Below are positions 18,389 to 27,744 of a stretch of 64,000 bases of DNA, piece after piece (the stretch's first letter is position 1; the number at the start of each line of letters is the position of its first letter). The DNA is from a virus (lineage: Duplodnaviria; Caudoviricetes). A program made the position numbers and the translations under genes. The notes beneath the pieces are model-generated. The model searched no databases, had not been told where the DNA came from, and saw nothing but the letters and a program-made list of their open reading frames with translations. Location: positions 1 through 64,000 of IMG/VR virus record IMGVR_UViG_3300020409_001194. One strand, 5' to 3'.

Positions 18389-20246
18389 ATTTTTTACACA
18401 TTGGACATTTGCATTTGTCACACTCTTTATTCTTACATATATAGGATTACAAGACCCTACAATAAAAGAAACACTACGTTTAAAATCGTTTGACTTTCTT
18501 ATTCAATCACAAGAAAAATCTTTATCTGATGACATTATAATTGTAGAGATTGATGAAAAGGCAATTGAAAAATATGGTCAATATCCATTTAACAGAAGTG
18601 TATATGCAGATCTTATTGTAAAGTTAAGAGATGCTGAAGCTGGTATCATTTTATTTCCAATATTATTTTCTGAAAAAGATAGAATGGGTGGTGATGAATA
18701 CTTTGGTGATGCATTACAATATGGTACTGTAATTGCACAAGTAGGTACAACACAAATAAACAAGAATGCGGTTCCAAGAGGTGTTGCAAAGATAGGCGAT
18801 CCATTACCATTTTTATTTGAATGGCCTGGAATGTTAGGACCTATACCTGAATTAAAATCAAATGGTGTTGGTGTTATTAATACTGCACCTGAAATTGATG
18901 GTGTTGTAAGAAGAGTACCATTACTTATGAGAATAGGTGAAGATGTATACCCATCAATGGCAATTGAAATGATAAGAGTTGCAACTGGCGATCCATCATA
19001 TCAAGTAAAAGCTGATGAGAATGGTATAGTAGCTATGCGTGTACCTGGATACGCGACCATACCCACAGACATGCACGCACGGGTATGGTTAAATTATAAT
19101 AAGACCTTTGACTCTATCTCATTAGTAGATGATGACATGCATTTTGAGCTTGTTAAAGGTAAAACTGTAATAGTTTCATTAACAGCTGAAGGTTTAAACA
19201 ATGTTATTGCTACACCCATAGGTGAACAATATGCTCATACAATAATAGCAAATAACATACAAACAATTATTGATGGTGATAATATTACAAGAAATGATTT
19301 ACATTTTCTAGAACTTATAGTTGCATTCTTGATATCTGCTTGCTTCATAGCACTAGCAAGAATTGCACCTTATTGGATTATTGGCATGAGTCTTATAGGT
19401 GCATATATAGTGAGTATATATGGCACATACTATATGTTTCATCAGACAAGAGAAATGTATGATGTAAGTTGGTTCCTTATCATGATTACATTTGTAAGTT
19501 TACATTCTATCTTCAATAGATTCATATTAGAGTTTAATTTAAAACAACAGATAAGAAAACAATTTGAAAAGTATTTAGACCCAAGACAAGTTGCCATATT
19601 ACAAAAGAATCCAGATAAGATTAAACTTGGTGGTGAAAGAAAAGAAATGAGTTTCTTATTTATGGATATTGTAGGTTTTACACCAATATCAGAACATTAC
19701 AAAAATAAGAATGACCCTGAAGGATTAGTAAAAGTTATTAATGATTATCTACATCGAATGAGTAAGATAGTTCTTGATAATGGTGGTACAATAGATAAGT
19801 ATATGGGTGATTGTATTATGGCTTTTTGGAATGCACCACTTGATTGTGACAACCATGCTGAGATGGCGGTGAAGTCTGCTATTGAATGTGCTGAAGAAAC
19901 AGAAAAGATTAAAGAAGAGTTTAAAGCAAAAGGATTACCAGAAATTAATATTGGTAGTGGTGTAAATACAGGAACTTGTATTGTAGGTAATATGGGTAGT
20001 GAAATGAGATTAGATTATAGTGTTATTGGAGATGCTGTAAACTTAGCAGCAAGATTAGAAGCACAAACTAGAAACTATAAAGATAAAGATGGTAATGTCA
20101 CACCATTATTATATTCACAACACACTAAGGATTTACTTAGTAATATAGACTCTATCGAAGTGGATAAGATTAAAGTTAAAGGTAAAGAAGAGTTAATTAC
20201 AATCTATTCGCCAGTATCTACCATCTCAGCTTCTAAACCAGGATAA
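18381..20246 (+). CDS. CHASE2-domain class III adenylate cyclase
   Basis: IVEIDE...GQYPFNR, DGVVRRVPL, 3 TM helices, FMDIVGFT, IDKYMGDCIMAFW, DYSVIGDAVNLAARLE (Lys/Asp adenine-specifying residues). Confidence 0.93.
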   Translation: MTKFFTHWTFAFVTLFILTYIGLQDPTIKETLRLKSFDFLIQSQEKSLSDDIIIVEIDEKAIEKYGQYPFNRSVYADLIVKLRDAEAGIILFPILFSEKDRMGGDEYFGDALQYGTVIAQVGTTQINKNAVPRGVAKIGDPLPFLFEWPGMLGPIPELKSNGVGVINTAPEIDGVVRRVPLLMRIGEDVYPSMAIEMIRVATGDPSYQVKADENGIVAMRVPGYATIPTDMHARVWLNYNKTFDSISLVDDDMHFELVKGKTVIVSLTAEGLNNVIATPIGEQYAHTIIANNIQTIIDGDNITRNDLHFLELIVAFLISACFIALARIAPYWIIGMSLIGAYIVSIYGTYYMFHQTREMYDVSWFLIMITFVSLHSIFNRFILEFNLKQQIRKQFEKYLDPRQVAILQKNPDKIKLGGERKEMSFLFMDIVGFTPISEHYKNKNDPEGLVKVINDYLHRMSKIVLDNGGTIDKYMGDCIMAFWNAPLDCDNHAEMAVKSAIECAEETEKIKEEFKAKGLPEINIGSGVNTGTCIVGNMGSEMRLDYSVIGDAVNLAARLEAQTRNYKDKDGNVTPLLYSQHTKDLLSNIDSIEVDKIKVKGKEELITIYSPVSTISASKPG

Positions 20247-21781
20247 TAGTTCTCACCATATATTTGTCTTTGTGTGTAGTTATATACAAATGCCGCAGTC
20301 TTTCTTTCCATCTTTTCCATGTTAAGATTCTTCTGATAAGTATGTTGTAAGAAATAGTGGTCTTCTTCAATTGCAGATAATTCCATAAGTCTAAATCCAG
20401 CAACTTTTACAAAATCATTTGAAGCATAATTTAATTCAACACATTTTCTATTTGCTGTTGATGAGTTAAAGTTCTTGTGTTTCCAATATAGACCATTACC
20501 TGGAATTGGAAACTTATATCCCCATTTCTGTGCATCCTTATCAAACTTACTCATTTGCAATTCACCTGGTTTTTCATGTTGATTTATATAGAGTGGTTGA
20601 AATATCCAGTATCCTGGTTGATGTTTTACCATCCAATCCCATGTTTCTTGTAGACTCTCATTTGTTTCTCCAGGTAAACCAACAATAAGTCCTAATTCAT
20701 ATGTGACCTTATCTCCCCAATATTCCATGAGTTCTTCTAAGAATTCTTTACCTTGTCTACCATTCCAACCTTTACCAATTGCTTTTGAAGCTTCAGGATG
20801 AAAAGATTCTATGCCAAAGAATGGTGATACTAATCCTATCTCTCTTAATAAATCTTTCTGTGCTTGTCTTGCCCAGATCAAATCCATTCTATGGTAGCCT
20901 ACATACTTTAAATCGAATGGCAAGTCACTTGATATTTTTGCAAGTTCTTCCATCTTTTCCATATCTTCATTGAATGTATCATCAGTAAATACATATTTTG
21001 TGGTACCAAATTCCTCATAGTTTGCAATAAACTCGTCTTTGATTCTAGAATAATCTCTTATATAAGTACCTTTCTTTTTTCCAATCAATGGATATGAACA
21101 GAATGCACATTCAAATTGGCAACCTCTACCCATTTCCATAAGCAGTGCTTCATTAGGACTAATAGACATGCTTTGTCCTAAGTATGCACGAGTTGCCTTT
21201 TGAATATCAAATTCATTTCTTTTTCCTGTAAAACCTGACATCTCATCAAGATATTTTAGGAAACTATCTTCAGCGAAACCATGAAACTTTCTCCATTCGA
21301 AATGCATATTACCGTAATGTGTTTGTGAACCACCCATTACCCAATCTAATTGTGGATGTCTTTTTTCTAAAACATCTCTTGCTTTCATTACCCAAAACGG
21401 TTCTTCAGTTTTATTTGGAGCAGCCATCATGTTAGTAAAGTTCTGATCGAATAGCTTTCTCTTTTTTACAGGGTCATCTGAATGACCAATCTGATCACCT
21501 ACTGATGTAGTATATGTGTTTGTTTTTTCTGAACCTTTTGCTTTCTTCATCCTTACACTTGGATGCCAGAAAGATGTGCTTACACCGATACCTATTGTTT
21601 CTGGACCGATATGTTTTTCATTAATTTCTAAAAATGCTTTTTCATGTATAAGATGACAAAAGTCTATTACCTTAACATCATAACCATGTTGAATACACCA
21701 TGACGCAAGTTGATGTGGACCTATAGGCCTAATTGGAGCGAAGTCCTCTGCCAAGCAGTTCCAAATTACAAAATGCGCCAT
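20204..21781 (-). CDS. B12-binding-type radical SAM protein
   Basis: GRGCQFECAFC (CxxxCxxC), DDTFN, FGIES, LIVGLPGET; N-terminal cobalamin-binding-like region. Confidence 0.85.
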   Translation of the reverse strand: MAHFVIWNCLAEDFAPIRPIGPHQLASWCIQHGYDVKVIDFCHLIHEKAFLEINEKHIGPETIGIGVSTSFWHPSVRMKKAKGSEKTNTYTTSVGDQIGHSDDPVKKRKLFDQNFTNMMAAPNKTEEPFWVMKARDVLEKRHPQLDWVMGGSQTHYGNMHFEWRKFHGFAEDSFLKYLDEMSGFTGKRNEFDIQKATRAYLGQSMSISPNEALLMEMGRGCQFECAFCSYPLIGKKKGTYIRDYSRIKDEFIANYEEFGTTKYVFTDDTFNEDMEKMEELAKISSDLPFDLKYVGYHRMDLIWARQAQKDLLREIGLVSPFFGIESFHPEASKAIGKGWNGRQGKEFLEELMEYWGDKVTYELGLIVGLPGETNESLQETWDWMVKHQPGYWIFQPLYINQHEKPGELQMSKFDKDAQKWGYKFPIPGNGLYWKHKNFNSSTANRKCVELNYASNDFVKVAGFRLMELSAIEEDHYFLQHTYQKNLNMEKMERKTAAFVYNYTQRQIYGENYYPGLEAEMVDTGE

Positions 21782-21796
21782 GTTATATTTAACTAA

Positions 21797-22699
21797 CTAA
21801 GCGTCAGATGCTAGTGACTTAAAGTAATCTTCCAGATCTTCATCATCTTCTTTTGTAGTGGTATCTTTGCTTTCAAATACTTGTGCAAAGTCATCACCTT
21901 TAGATTCAGATGTTTCAGCTGTTGGTACTTCTACAGTTTTTGTAGATACTGCAGGTGTTTCCATAGATTCACCAAGAACCATAGTAAGTTTTTCTTTTAG
22001 TTCATCATAAGACTTGAACTTGTCTTCTGCGACAAGATCATGTACATCATGTTGAGCATCAAAGATAGCTTTCATTTTCTCTTCTGACTCTGATAAAGCA
22101 GATGCTTTTTCAAATGTAGATGAGTCATAGTTCCAATATCCACCAACCATTTTGATTTTAATTCTAAAGTTTGCACCTTCTAATAAATCAAATGGGTTTA
22201 CCGGCTGATCATCATCAAATTCAGGTTGCATAGCAGACATAATTTTGTCAAATATTTTTTGACCAAATTTGTATATCTTAACTTTACCTTCATTTGTAGT
22301 ATCATTAGGATCGTTAAGAATAAGAGCATTCGCATAATAAGCAGTTCTTCTTTTCTGCTTTCTTGCAATTTCTTTATTCTCTTCAATACCTGAGTTCCAT
22401 AACTTTGAGTTATGTTCAGATACCGGATCTTGTTTACCGATAGTAGTAAGAGAGTTCTCTATATACCATTTACCAGTGGGACCTTGAAAACCATGATCGT
22501 ACATAGTCACCCAAGGTGTTTTGTTGGAATCTTTACCAGGTAAGAATCGAACTACAGCATAACCTGTACCATCTTTTCCCATACGTGGTTTCCAGATACG
22601 ATCATCATCGTAGCTTTTCTTCTCCGTATTTTTCTGTAAAGATTGTTGAAGTTGCTCAAATTGGCTTGAGCGGTTTTTTAGATAATCATCAAAAGACAT
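21797..22699 (-). CDS. gp32: Single-stranded DNA-binding protein
   Basis: DDRIWKP..GKDGTGYAVVRFLP, HGFQGPTGKWYIENSLTT, GANFRIK, acidic tail YFKSLA. Confidence 0.96.
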   Translation of the reverse strand: MSFDDYLKNRSSQFEQLQQSLQKNTEKKSYDDDRIWKPRMGKDGTGYAVVRFLPGKDSNKTPWVTMYDHGFQGPTGKWYIENSLTTIGKQDPVSEHNSKLWNSGIEENKEIARKQKRRTAYYANALILNDPNDTTNEGKVKIYKFGQKIFDKIMSAMQPEFDDDQPVNPFDLLEGANFRIKIKMVGGYWNYDSSTFEKASALSESEEKMKAIFDAQHDVHDLVAEDKFKSYDELKEKLTMVLGESMETPAVSTKTVEVPTAETSESKGDDFAQVFESKDTTTKEDDEDLEDYFKSLASDA

Positions 22700-22755
22700 A
22701 ATTTACCTCCGTTTCGTCGTTTCGATTTTTCGTTACAGATAAGTTTAACAAGATT

Positions 22756-23343
22756 CTAGCTTGATATAAGAATATCCCTTGCAATATCCTCATAATATTT
22801 ATACTCTAATTTGTTTAATAAAAATGGTTTGTAGTTCTTTACTTTCTTTATATAGTCTGGCCATACAAATGGTAAATCAACCATCTTTTCGTGCTTCTCC
22901 AAATATGGATGTATTCTATCTAATAATACCACGGATTCAAGATTTATTTCGTTTTTTAACACTTTATCATGAATTAATGGTATTGAATCGTGTGAAGCTG
23001 CCAACATCTTTGGTGGACCAACTTCTTTAATATGTTCTAAGTCTTCTCTAAATAATTGTGGCATTCTTCTTAGTTTATTAATCCACTCTTCGTAAGTGGA
23101 CTTATTCATGTTCTTTATCCAACATTTTGGGTCTGTAATAAAATGTGATACATAGAAGTCTTCAATATCTTCGGCATTTATAATCTTTGTAATCTTTTCA
23201 AATGAGAACATATCATTTCTTTTTTGATATGCATCTGTGGAAGCCTTTACTTTACCAGCAAACTTATGATAATCATAATTACTTGTAAAGTGTCTTTGTA
23301 ATGCTAAATATTTTAAATATGCGAGATAACCGCTTTTTGTCAT
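22756..23343 (-). CDS. gp59: Helicase loader
   Basis: YLALQRHFT.NYDYHKF.GKV...KRND.F.FEK; position next to gp32. Confidence 0.85.
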   Translation of the reverse strand: MTKSGYLAYLKYLALQRHFTSNYDYHKFAGKVKASTDAYQKRNDMFSFEKITKIINAEDIEDFYVSHFITDPKCWIKNMNKSTYEEWINKLRRMPQLFREDLEHIKEVGPPKMLAASHDSIPLIHDKVLKNEINLESVVLLDRIHPYLEKHEKMVDLPFVWPDYIKKVKNYKPFLLNKLEYKYYEDIARDILISS

Positions 23344-23903
23344 GTACTATACCTATAATTTACTTCTGCATGTTTTTCTTCATCAGCTCTTATCTTTACG
23401 ATAATATCTCTGAGTGTTGCATCATCTTTTAAATTATAGTACTGTTTTGCGAGTTTTGTTGCTGGAATATTTTCAGTTTGTCCAGAATCTACCATGTGTA
23501 AGTAGTGAGTGTATGATACAACAGCTTCTCTCTCAAAGTAATGTATCATACGGTGTGCTGTCTTTGGAAAGAATACAAATAAGAAAAAGTAAAATACAAG
23601 AAAGATACCTTGTGCAAATAGTACTAACCATCTTTCAAACCAAGTTGGTTTTGCTATATCAATAAAAATCATGAGATGCATTCTTTCATTCTCAGCTTCA
23701 GCCATCATCTCTCTAATCTTAGGACCAAGACCAGCTTCCATTTTTCTTAATGATTTCATATGTAGCCAAACACCTGCTACAATTCCTGGAACACCTGCAA
23801 TAGTCTCTAATACGACGGCTCTATGACCATATCTTTTAGCAAAAAAAGTATCTGCTATAAATCTAAAGAAAGCGGTCATTGACCTTGCAAACTTATCAGA
23901 CAA
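23340..23903 (-). CDS. aox: Alternative oxidase (ubiquinol oxidase)
   Basis: LETIAGVPG, EAENERMHL, FEREAV.SYT, RADEEKH diiron motifs. Confidence 0.93.
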   Translation of the reverse strand: MSDKFARSMTAFFRFIADTFFAKRYGHRAVVLETIAGVPGIVAGVWLHMKSLRKMEAGLGPKIREMMAEAENERMHLMIFIDIAKPTWFERWLVLFAQGIFLVFYFFLFVFFPKTAHRMIHYFEREAVVSYTHYLHMVDSGQTENIPATKLAKQYYNLKDDATLRDIIVKIRADEEKHAEVNYRYST

Positions 23904-24186
23904 GACTATTCACCTTATATTTCAACATGTTTAAATCAGAAGCATCCTTCTCAATCTTTTCTTTTATATTCTTTGGCAACATTAACTTCATACCTTCTAC
24001 TTCCAAACCATACTTCTCACAGACATATACTACTGCGTCAATATAATTACCACCACCATTAGCAACAACTTCTTCTATTTCTTTTGGTAGGTTTTTAACT
24101 TTAGCCTGAAAATCACTATCTGTAATTTGTTTTTTCTTAGACGATAATTTAGGTAATGTATCTTTTTCTTCTAAACCAATCTGCAT
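23896..24186 (-). CDS. gp33: Late promoter transcription co-activator
   Basis: IE..V...NYIDAVVYVCE...EVE...KEKIE.DA..LNML; synteny with gp59/gp32. Confidence 0.8.
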   Translation of the reverse strand: MQIGLEEKDTLPKLSSKKKQITDSDFQAKVKNLPKEIEEVVANGGGNYIDAVVYVCEKYGLEVEGMKLMLPKNIKEKIEKDASDLNMLKYKVNSLV

Positions 24187-24413
24187 TACTCTATCACCGG
24201 ATTATCTTTTACATCATAGTCTTTTTCAAGAACTGATTTAATTAAGTTTGATAGAACAACATCTAAGTCATTCATGTTTCTCATTCTATAATAATCCTCA
24301 AGCAATTGCAGAATTCTAATTTGTTCTTTCTCTGGTACAGTTGAATTCTTCTTAAATGATATAATGTCTTGCATTACTTTCTGTACTTCGGATGGTCCAA
24401 TAAAACTATCCAT
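24186..24413 (-). CDS. Small hypothetical protein
   Basis: Likely start MDSFIG at 24413 with AGGAG RBS. Confidence 0.5.
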   Translation of the reverse strand: MDSFIGPSEVQKVMQDIISFKKNSTVPEKEQIRILQLLEDYYRMRNMNDLDVVLSNLIKSVLEKDYDVKDNPVIE

Positions 24414-25071
24414 ATTCACTCTCCTGTTGTTTTGATTTATATAAGCTAATTCTTGTTTTAAGCCGCTCAGTCCAATATTTATTGTCTCGTGCTGACTTTG
24501 TAAATTCCTGTATCTGGCCATTCTGACAGCAGATAATAATTTTAGTATTCTTAGGTAAAATTTTTGTATGTTCATAAAATGCATTAAAATAAAAAGCCGC
24601 TTGAATAAAGTAATCAGAAATCCAATCTTCATTTTTAGGTTTCTTTGAAGTCTTGAAATCAATAACAGATATTTCACCATCCATTTCTGCAATGCAATCT
24701 ACAGTTCCAGCAACTCCTAATCTGTCGCTATATACTGCTTGTTCTAAACACTTAACAGTAGAAATCCTGTCAAGGGTAGGACGTATGGCTCTAAATAATA
24801 AAGACTGTTTGAAATCTTCGTTAAGAAGGTATTGCTCACACTCTTTATGAAAGTTAGTACCATGTCTTGTGGCTGCATTGCTGATTCTGTTTGCTTCTTT
24901 CTCACCAACTCTTTTCTTCCACTCCATTAACTTAGTCATATCCTTAGTACGACCAAGTACTGTTGTTATAGATGGATATTTATTACCATCCGGTGTATTG
25001 TAATATCGTCTATCAGGTTCCGTAACTTGCTCGAGTTTTGGAACATCAATAAAATCATGTTTGAACTTCAT
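24406..25071 (-). CDS. PD-(D/E)XK exonuclease (Cas4-like, common in T4-like phages)
   Basis: YPSITTVL, GT.FH, AGTVDCIAE...VIDFKTS, YFIQ..FY. Confidence 0.88.
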   Translation of the reverse strand: MKFKHDFIDVPKLEQVTEPDRRYYNTPDGNKYPSITTVLGRTKDMTKLMEWKKRVGEKEANRISNAATRHGTNFHKECEQYLLNEDFKQSLLFRAIRPTLDRISTVKCLEQAVYSDRLGVAGTVDCIAEMDGEISVIDFKTSKKPKNEDWISDYFIQAAFYFNAFYEHTKILPKNTKIIICCQNGQIQEFTKSARDNKYWTERLKTRISLYKSKQQESEYG

Positions 25072-26185
25072 CTATAATCTTTTTAACATCTTTCTCATCG
25101 AGCACAGCCGATTCTAAATTAAACATATAGTCTAATAATACCATTTCAATTAGAGATTTTAATCCTCTAGCTCCTACCTTTCTTTCAATTGCCTTCTCAG
25201 CAATATATTCTAGACCTTTCTTAGATATCTTTAACTCTAAATCAGAGTATGCAAATAATCTACCGTATTGGTCCATGAGATTATTCTTTACTTTAGTTAA
25301 TATGTCTATAAGATTTTCTTTAGTTAGTTCTTGTAATGGTGCAATAGTTGGTATACGACCGAGAATCTCAGGTATAAAGCCATATTCTTCTAAATCTTCT
25401 GGTTGTACCTTATTGAATATATTTACTAATGATTCAGCTTCTTTAAAATTAGCACCGAATCCAATACTTCTTTTATCTTCACCAAGTCTTTTTTGAATTA
25501 TTTCATCTAAACCAGTAAATGCACCACCTACAATAAACAATATGTTAGATGTATCTACAACAAATCTAATTTTAGAAAGACCTTGCATTCTTTCCATTTC
25601 TATTTCAGTTCCTTCAATTAGCTTTAAGAGTGCTTGTTGTACCGCTTCTCCACCAACATCTTTTCTTTTATTTCCACCACCATCAGTCTTACTACATATC
25701 TTATCAAACTCATCTATGAATACTATACCAGTTGCAGCTGCATCAAAGTTTCCTCTAGCATTTTGAAATAGACCATCAACAACAGACTCTACATCTTTAC
25801 CTACATAACCAGATGCTGTCATATTATTAGCATCAGCAATATAATATGGTACCTTCATCATCTCAGCAAGCTTCTTTACAAGATAAGTTTTACCAGAACC
25901 TGTAGGTCCTAATAACATAAGATTAGTCTTCTCGATTTTATTCTTATCATCATAACCCTCATCTTTAAATATCATTAGTCTTTTATAATGGTTATGCGCA
26001 CCAACAGAAAGTATTTTCTTTGCTCTATCTTGACTTATAACATAATCATCAAGATAGTCATATATTTCTTTTGGTGTTGGTAATGTAAAATCGAGTTGTG
26101 CTTTGACAGTATAGAGACTTAATTTTTCTCTGGTCTGTCTAATATTATTAAGTAAGAATTCCTTATCACTCGCACTTATCGTCAT
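25055..26185 (-). CDS. clpX: ClpX-like AAA+ unfoldase lacking N-terminal zinc domain
   Basis: GPTGSGKT, GYVG, FIDEFDKI, VQQALLKLIEG, IGF loop, PEILGRIP, GARGL. Confidence 0.93.
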   Translation of the reverse strand: MTISASDKEFLLNNIRQTREKLSLYTVKAQLDFTLPTPKEIYDYLDDYVISQDRAKKILSVGAHNHYKRLMIFKDEGYDDKNKIEKTNLMLLGPTGSGKTYLVKKLAEMMKVPYYIADANNMTASGYVGKDVESVVDGLFQNARGNFDAAATGIVFIDEFDKICSKTDGGGNKRKDVGGEAVQQALLKLIEGTEIEMERMQGLSKIRFVVDTSNILFIVGGAFTGLDEIIQKRLGEDKRSIGFGANFKEAESLVNIFNKVQPEDLEEYGFIPEILGRIPTIAPLQELTKENLIDILTKVKNNLMDQYGRLFAYSDLELKISKKGLEYIAEKAIERKVGARGLKSLIEMVLLDYMFNLESAVLDEKDVKKIIDEVQT

Positions 26186-26600
26186 ATTGGTTATGCTTTC
26201 TATGGGATTGTTTTTCTTCCCAGTCCTCTATTGCTTTTTTAATACCACTCTCTGCAAGAACAGAACAGTGGAGTTTAATTGGTGGTAGTTGTAATGCCTC
26301 AGCAATCTCTTTATCTTTAATTTGTTTTGCTTCTTCAATTGTTTTACCCGTTAACATTTCTACGAACATAGTAGATGATGCTATTGCACTACCACATCCA
26401 TAGGTTTTAAACTTTACATCTATTATTATACCATTTTCATCGAGTTTTAATTGGAGTTTCATTACATCTCCGCATGCGGGTGCACCTACCATACCAGTAG
26501 CTACATTAGGATCGTTAGGATTAAACCTTCCGACCGAGTGTTTTTCTGGGTTCTTTAGAACAGATTCAAATCTGTCTACAACCTTCTGTGAATATGCCAT
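26166..26600 (-). CDS. iscU: Fe-S cluster scaffold IscU
   Basis: GAPACGDVM, FKTYGCGSAIASS, LPPIKLHCS. Confidence 0.95.
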   Translation of the reverse strand: MAYSQKVVDRFESVLKNPEKHSVGRFNPNDPNVATGMVGAPACGDVMKLQLKLDENGIIIDVKFKTYGCGSAIASSTMFVEMLTGKTIEEAKQIKDKEIAEALQLPPIKLHCSVLAESGIKKAIEDWEEKQSHRKHNQYDDKCE

Positions 26601-26834
26601 TTATATTAAGTGATCTAAACCTTTTGAGAGTGGGTGTAGCTTCTTAGCTTCTCTCATTTTATCCTTGAAACCGTCAGGTAAATTTCTATCAGATCTTTGT
26701 GATATGATACCTGGCGAACCTATAATAAAGTGCCAACCTGGATTATCTTTTAACCATTGCTCTTTCTCAGAGTAAGGCATGATAACCTCTTTTTCTTTTT
26801 TTGTCTTCTTATTTTCTACAGTATATATGGGCAT
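26601..26834 (-). CDS. FmdB-like small conserved phage protein
   Basis: MPIYTV.NKKT...; PDGFKD...K.HP. Confidence 0.55.
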   Translation of the reverse strand: MPIYTVENKKTKKEKEVIMPYSEKEQWLKDNPGWHFIIGSPGIISQRSDRNLPDGFKDKMREAKKLHPLSKGLDHLI

Positions 26835-26998
26835 TAGTTCTTTAATTTTTCTTTTTCGTTTAATCTTGCAAGCAATTCAGTGTAGAACTTTTTAAATTGT
26901 CTATCACTTTTAAATATAGTTGGCTTATCCTCAGCTGCGTGATTAATACGCTCCCAAGCTTTCTTGGCTGCAATTTCTGCTTCTTTTGAATATTCCAT
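26834..26998 (-). CDS. Small hypothetical protein (54 aa)
   Basis: Manual translation MEYSKEAEIAAKKAWERIN...; AGGAG RBS; TAATG coupling. Confidence 0.45.
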   Translation of the reverse strand: MEYSKEAEIAAKKAWERINHAAEDKPTIFKSDRQFKKFYTELLARLNEKEKLKN

Positions 26999-27035
26999 AT
27001 CTGCTCTCCTGTATGTATATTATACCAAAATAAGG

Positions 27036-27043
27036 TATAAATA
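27036..27043 (+). promoter_or_regulatory. T4-type late promoter TATAAATA
   Basis: Exact consensus 4 nt before gp2 ATG at 27048. Confidence 0.75.
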
Positions 27044-27047
27044 TATC

Positions 27048-27590
27048 ATGCCATCTAATACTATTTATCAAAAGTATGCAGACCTTGCTGATAAAGCAGG
27101 AGTAAAAAGAAACTCTAAAGCGGCTATTGATTGGTTTCGAAAGAGAATCCGTAAGGATAGACCGATCATGTTAGATAAAGCAACTGAAGGTTTGAAGACT
27201 AAAGGTATAGAACCGGGTAATCTTTATATTTATGGATATAATCCTAAGTATGCAAAAACCCTTAAGTATTACGATAACTTTCCTTGTTGTCTAGTTTTAG
27301 AAACAACAAAGGACGGTTGGTATGGATTGAACTTACATTATTTACCACCTGCTATGAGAGCAAAACTACTAGCAGAAAATAATGTAAAGTCAAATCGTGG
27401 TCTTAAAATTGCTCAGGCAATGGGAAGAAGTAGATTTGGTAAGCATGCATTACATAGATATATTGCTAATCAATTAACTTCAAGACCGAAAGTAGTTCCT
27501 CAAAGGGATTGGGAAATAGCAATACAATTACCATTTGAAGGATTTGCTAAAATTAGTAGTACACAAATATGGAGGAAAGCGCGTGGCTAG
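27048..27590 (+). CDS. gp2: DNA end protector protein
   Basis: PG.LY.Y.YNPK...L.YYD.FP, GLNLHYLPP.MR, W.IA.QLP.E.F; start moved to MPSNT. Confidence 0.85.
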   Translation: MPSNTIYQKYADLADKAGVKRNSKAAIDWFRKRIRKDRPIMLDKATEGLKTKGIEPGNLYIYGYNPKYAKTLKYYDNFPCCLVLETTKDGWYGLNLHYLPPAMRAKLLAENNVKSNRGLKIAQAMGRSRFGKHALHRYIANQLTSRPKVVPQRDWEIAIQLPFEGFAKISSTQIWRKARG

Positions 27591-27744
27591 AACATTTAGA
27601 AACTTTGTGGCTCATGAGCCAACAAAAAAATCCACTTCTCAAGGGAAAGGTGGTCGTGGCAGATCAACAAAGATTGGCATGTCTACGATGAATAAAAACA
27701 AACGTAGATCTTATAAGAAATATAGAGGTCAAGGAAAAAGGTAA
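27583..27744 (+). CDS. Small highly basic protein ending KKYRGQG
   Basis: GTG start after GGAGG; KKSTSQGKGG...RRSYKKYRGQGKR. Confidence 0.6.
   Translation: MARTFRNFVAHEPTKKSTSQGKGGRGRSTKIGMSTMNKNKRRSYKKYRGQGKR

Noticed and set aside
13992-20246. Curli/cyclase block as bacterial contamination
   Set aside because: Same AT-rich composition as flanks, phage late-promoter motifs, and overlap with the neighbouring phage gene.
24406-25071. Cas4-like nuclease as sign of a CRISPR-Cas system
   Set aside because: No array or other cas genes; stand-alone homologues are routine in T4-like phages.
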